Part shown: positions 62,401-64,000 of the stretch, piece by piece | How positions within the stretch are numbered: position 1 is the stretch's first letter | Layout: the number at the start of each line of letters is the position of its first letter | IMG/VR virus record: IMGVR_UViG_3300042997_000183 | Span: 1-64,000 of that record | Source of the DNA: a virus | Lineage: Duplodnaviria > Heunggongvirae > Uroviricota > Caudoviricetes | Direction: 5' to 3' (one strand) | Length of the DNA stretch: 64,000 bases | Program-made: the position numbers and the translations under genes | The notes under the pieces: generated by a model | Database searches by the model: none | Told to the model about the DNA's origin: nothing | What the model saw: only the letters and a program-made list of their open reading frames with translations

Positions 62401-64000
62401 ATTACATTAAAGGATGTAAAGGTGTTAGGTAGATTATTAGGTGAGACTAATGAGGCTGATGCTGCTTCTTATTTAATGGATGGTACATATAGAGAGGTTA
62501 AGAATAAGAATGGTCAATGGTCTGATGAGGCTGAAGATTGGCACCAATGGCAAATGGCTTACACTAGAAATAAAATGGCTGCCAAGGGTGATTACACTTA
62601 TACTAATGATTCACTAAGAGCTCAGGATGAGAAGACTATATCTAAACCAGAACCAAAATATGTTACAGAGGTGTTGAAACCTATTGTAACTGGTAACAAG
62701 TATGGTTCTACTCAGTTTGATTTAGTGTTAGATAAGTTCTCTCAAATGCCTTTATACTACAAGGCTGTAGAAGGAACTAACCTAGAGAAGCTTTATGTTA
62801 AGATGATGAAGGAAGATGTGGGCTATGTTATATTTGAGTCTGGCAGAAAGGTGGGCACTGAAACATTGTACAGTTTGTATAATGGAGATGGTAGCTTAAA
62901 CGATGGTGGATTTGATAACAAGATACAAGTTCCTTGGAGTGCTTACGGTATTCAAGTGGAGAATAGCTATGAAGGATCTAAGCAACAAACTCGTGGTTCT
63001 CAGCCTACTAAACTAGCTAGCTTAAACCTATTTAACAATGGTGTAGCTACAAGTCCTGAAGCTGCTAGAGAATATGCTCGTAACAAAGAGATATTAGATA
63101 GGATGCACGAGAATGGATATAACGAGCTATTAAGAAAGCTTGGTATTGAAGATCTTGGTGATGGGTTTAAACTTACAACTAATGTAGACGTATCTAAACT
63201 TCTTGAGTATGAAATGCTTAGAAGAGAGATGTCTGACAATGCTAAAGATACTGTACAGTTAGATGAGAATGGTCAATTTAGAATTCCATTTGAAGCATCT
63301 AATGCCTACGTACAGATTAGAAATATTCTTTATTCAATGGTGGATAAAGCCCTTACATCTCCTAAGATGAATGGTGGTCCTAAGGTACAGGTTCCTGTAA
63401 CAGGATGGGAGAATGCAAAAGCTGGTAGAAAGATTGCTCTTAAAACAAAAGATGGATTTAAAGAAATCTCTAAAGTAGAATATAATAACCTATCTGAAGA
63501 AGATAAGAAGAAGGTAAGATTAACAGATGACACTCTTAAGTTCTATACTAAGGACCAACCTTATTGTGAGGTGTTATTACCACACTGGTTTAAGGTGAAG
63601 TTTGGTAAGAAGTTCCCTGATGATAAGGCTCTACTTAACTATCTAAATAGTACAGCAGAAGGACGTTCTATTCTTACGGGAGTTGGTTTCCGTATTCCTA
63701 CACAGGAATTAAGTAATATTGAGGTGTTTAGAGTGAAAGGTTTCTTACCACAATCTATGGGAGATACTATTGTTGTTCCTTCTGAAATCACTACAAAGGC
63801 TGGATCTGACTTTGATATAGATAAATTAAACACTTATTTAAAGGCTACTTATTTAGATAAGAATGGTGACATCCGTCTAGTTAAATACAAAGGTTCTGAA
63901 GAAGCTACTAAAGAGTTCTATGCTAATGTATTTAATGAAATGCTTGATAAGAAAACTATCAAGAAGAACGAAATATTAGATGCACTATACATAATGAACA
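53434..64000 (+). CDS. Giant ORF (at least 3522 aa, 3' end outside the window), candidate virion-packaged two-barrel RNA polymerase
   Basis: No in-frame stop from 53434 to the window end; the ORF track shows only short antisense ORFs in this span. N-terminal glycine-zipper. Motif TKAGSDFDIDKLNTY at nt 63808-63822 resembles the RNAP beta-prime [15 protein letters not shown] metal-binding loop. Confidence 0.6.
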   Translation, partial: MAIFDKELIDNTSNRDYGKPEMDLRSPETRKVDVSLGGFEDFAIGGPSRSSGLTIDQLSDFSRVPTNQNTFNSPVQMIPRGELIANQRYNIYERNRDLENVAGLQQSWADQLANGVVKFAAIGGGTFLQSFGTIPNTVAALKTGKLSELSGGPDGYESKIDTWLKNIEDSFPNYYTRREKESPFLAAIPFAPGSANFWGDKIIKNLGFTAGAIGGAVVQDLAIGAITEGIGAIPLVAAQIGKASLYLNKLFTGTNRLDEALNLATQLGKTEKQILNIKRLGEVAAATKVTDGARYALNIYGSARTEAAIEARDGYKQVRENLINQYKLENLGEEPTGADAKQIEDLATNAMNTRFGINMALLTVSNAVQFGNLFKSFSKASSSGISGSLTRELEDIGKFGLKEGSIDVFESKAAKTLRGKIWESVKPKVANIFTEGVYEEGGQFAAERGTFDYYTRKYKNLNDPNNRQNWNELNEVINSTNKGLADQYGSEEGIENMFVGALSALISGGIMSRIDSVKGKGADARLQSTINMLNRYGITGMLQDNYTDTLNSAAIAKEMDTAAKSGNIFKYKNLKKDMFFNFVNSRIPSGMHDVTLEQLNMLKDLSKEEFEKTFGMDFNTSNKNTVDAYVDNLISNANKIKSTVDSLDSTFKNPFAKITDPKTPEEAIAANNHDVFNEWKTNLAYYAMVAPDANDRLSSISQTVAGVNPLINNDLLGKLTDPTSLRELSSNYEERANQLNRTITEFTSPEDKKAIKAQVKALRTSAERINLAINNRDLDMKTFNSLLNFELNNLDSTKDDVVGMERASELYGYGVDINKLIGLKRSASSILDELASESGLEKFFKEASEIASEEPPTTVPGEEEAPAAEVTPAVVPQYTNVKGKRENLELNREYEVAKLRPSKVNRLAEDRWQVISPDGTFEIYPTKEKAQEIAKDLDEEFASLAKVKIVALNEDGTAKVEDKDGNIYNIDTRKLSGFNKVESEQEKLQKIADQLGRQQQEVEKKSGIVATGNPSLETFEKEDPKKSANILYTSTTGASETWEQLAKPHQVRSRQFLNNVKNFGNRANMKIILVTPNQEESLGLKGLGELSGSTDTSVENGLVAAVYVVQSNGKNYFVDKDGKQLTEVGQPVDMNVVVFSTMPTAALYNSKGDPRFRKQEEAQAKEMSRAWTVKRAELFAAPAGTYTIYDFGVSKGVPITDRNERKFVGDNLVPQKKIATQENLIVISTTGTLAYNGENLKFPVGRPVLQYGDTLQYVDNRTFTNDEAKSIFEAIRLLSEEVQSQNTKGETIELNRLYTDFLQNVLYWRKGKDTKDNQIHIDERSMELYIGGDKYNFADIASNEAAIVSKLKGTFNNVNNESLKKTSEPFIELYFEDGFLQNREWVNYQSYLLSSKYPNGKNRSITDTPLSTYVNKPTDAVPYNYVRKYAILEGLDLPVQQAAPVVTPMAEAAPSADKLGEFFVNGTENTISLKEPLGETKFTATINSDGNVVAEVISNPRIQAIAANAEKAKPYLDFLKNTMGTDGKPLFDATKSVEDSILQFAALNISARLQAIKNEQAAAPVVTTAATVTQTTPYGTEAGPAVTTSTESVDKKADIEKRRQEELKENEKLRVQDFKTKLSETFDTLSETRSKLKQEVADNNSLSEQDKNLLTVAIDGVFDIPGSNPLITEDEPGYQAYNPKKFEEYIKYNFPNLTRKQITDVLSKYIENIAVQHSGALAATSEGPTGLPNNLAELNAAKINAKYNAELAALEGQPALTPEAPVNLNAELIKTLTEERDQKLSDLMPLYGTARKTMMQLGDEALDLGDRNILADPVKYLEGRIAQGEYSLQQSIDKLKTLDTNNPDNAKEAKNLQRYIDTEKIVLGKTYPKLEQIKAVVAEYNDKMSRIGETPVTAAPVEEKPLEYGEVFVMATTTGNNIIYGTAPYSRWDEVFDRRNERQQSGKQFKQEKFGDFKIFSLIDWSVVDDGGRPGYIDTSIKVDRNSPTTLADVKADLEAIHARTMSGIDPTSRQINKAKVTKALTGVRWTSRKTGPTAPKNFGATKPPSNSEYRRVGTNGVERINDAEIEIFKRWAAENVPGIPFEILDNIISTNDGEKAWGAFENGVAKFYKSAARGTEYHEVFEGIWKAFLTEEQRQAILDEFKSKPGTFTDRQSGKKIAYDQATDKQAKERIADDFADFKVGKLPARSIGERILNFFRNIIEFVKQFVNKPTQKQELFKAIDAGKFKEMTVPESVKNDMSEYRAVEGLSEKQTHEFVQDITARSFQIMFGTNTSLYNPEKLTAPDIFNQVKSQYAEEGKLEMLGENAWNQLVNKTKEFLRTFKLEFDENQSISINDENVNKNDYAPEPFSTDWKKSSSFAIKLLIGTLTETTPSNQENASSMALPAQKLSDVMGYKLLNFTRSFATVLDKLANTTKVTSVVDKLIDLAKYDSNYVRLFTRVGGNRNNMVIDFSKFEAQDWRLFVNFYQTFTKQKPDALIQYVSGDEVYTGSANLYTAANSVKEGWIENMKALSKVEGSLISYDRGTKTYKVGDLTNVSNKTPEEMITFLGNLGIEFPMEVYSKLKTVQKNKFANAIGGLIVSLRGKNDILSVTGKVLDINGPLSLISELYVKVTNPNIDATYFNVENRRTNAFSENNAPSLFENLFNEANTLDELLEARPELKDIFSASSQVLKKGGLFFDEDGNRIRSIKVSYIQGTKLVDENDGTATSRLTEGERFTQEFNQNLNGNYYVLIPADGSTEWMMNLGNNVRFSAFENGTAWGKIYTTFKGYLKDEINLALTAASRTQLMNVGNKASELRFFKDILSKDTLASINNLIAKEASEEEINAFIEANIGDINKSIKDYIDGVSDVTFKTLAANGEIYVNTKGEYSYPKLDDVFAKAEKFNKFKLSEKKLNNIISFANANYIINNIEYHKILFGDPYQFKIKDNILDETKRVKSFLSGRRTTFDFPDYNTFLNQELNKAGEIELNEGDPGFQKFKPYTNTITLKDVKVLGRLLGETNEADAASYLMDGTYREVKNKNGQWSDEAEDWHQWQMAYTRNKMAAKGDYTYTNDSLRAQDEKTISKPEPKYVTEVLKPIVTGNKYGSTQFDLVLDKFSQMPLYYKAVEGTNLEKLYVKMMKEDVGYVIFESGRKVGTETLYSLYNGDGSLNDGGFDNKIQVPWSAYGIQVENSYEGSKQQTRGSQPTKLASLNLFNNGVATSPEAAREYARNKEILDRMHENGYNELLRKLGIEDLGDGFKLTTNVDVSKLLEYEMLRREMSDNAKDTVQLDENGQFRIPFEASNAYVQIRNILYSMVDKALTSPKMNGGPKVQVPVTGWENAKAGRKIALKTKDGFKEISKVEYNNLSEEDKKKVRLTDDTLKFYTKDQPYCEVLLPHWFKVKFGKKFPDDKALLNYLNSTAEGRSILTGVGFRIPTQELSNIEVFRVKGFLPQSMGDTIVVPSEITTKAGSDFDIDKLNTYLKATYLDKNGDIRLVKYKGSEEATKEFYANVFNEMLDKKTIKKNEILDALYIMN

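Noticed and set aside
54405-63833. Numerous 60-120-aa minus-strand ORFs in the last 10 kb
   Set aside because: All lie antisense within the uninterrupted plus-strand giant ORF, which has consistent codon usage. They are Ser/Leu-rich, which is typical of spurious antisense frames.
1-64000. CRISPR arrays, integrase / att sites, transposases
   Set aside because: I saw no spaced direct-repeat arrays. No ORF shows a tyrosine or serine recombinase signature or DDE motifs. The window looks like a lytic phage core.

Overview
The window looks like roughly 64 kb of a low-GC, tailed dsDNA phage genome with two oppositely transcribed arms. I found no rRNA, tRNA, CRISPR array, integrase or transposase.

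Positions 1-15.9 kb are almost entirely minus-strand and carry a replication and early-gene module. It includes:
- an SSB-like protein with an acidic ...DSDF C-terminus
- a Sak4/RecA-like ATPase
- a DEAH SF2 helicase
- a DnaB-like helicase
- a VRR-NUC-like nuclease
- a 650-aa proofreading family-B DNA polymerase
- about 20 small ORFs of unknown function, among them a strongly acidic protein and a membrane/lipoprotein/membrane trio

Two ORF-poor regions (14.75-15.54 kb and 15.94-16.76 kb) contain operator-like palindromes and direct repeats at the strand switch.

From 16.1 kb to the window end everything is plus-strand, and several of these genes are preceded by Bacteroidota-type TAnnTTTG -7 promoter boxes. 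In order, this arm carries:
- a winged-helix-like regulator
- an HU/IHF-like protein
- the large terminase (18954-20981)
- an 861-aa putative portal
- an SPFH/band-7 protein
- an acidic scaffold-like protein
- a 517-aa putative major capsid protein, followed by a hairpin (no U-tract) that may act as a terminator
- several structural proteins
- two tail fibres that share an N-terminal anchor but end in different domains (a tail-collar domain in one, DUF1566 in the other), with mucin-like poly-Thr linkers
- a calcineurin/SbcD-like metallophosphoesterase
- a 1625-aa tail protein
- three very large internal or ejection-type proteins of 1272, 1087 and 901 aa, with a Zn ribbon, an HExxH motif, glycine zippers and a recurring (D/E)GGW motif
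- a giant ORF that starts at 53434 and is still open at the window end, so it is at least 3522 aa

The giant ORF contains the motif ...AGSDFDIDKL... at about aa 3459-3463 (nt 63808-63822). This resembles the NADFDGD metal-binding loop of two-barrel RNA polymerases. Together with the family-B polymerase, DnaB-like helicase, IHF-like gene, roughly 500-aa capsid protein and the block of giant proteins, it suggests a crAss-like (Crassvirales-type) phage of a Bacteroidota host that packages a giant virion RNA polymerase. That giant ORF is the main candidate for novel biology here.

Every functional call rests on motifs I read from the translations, not on database searches.
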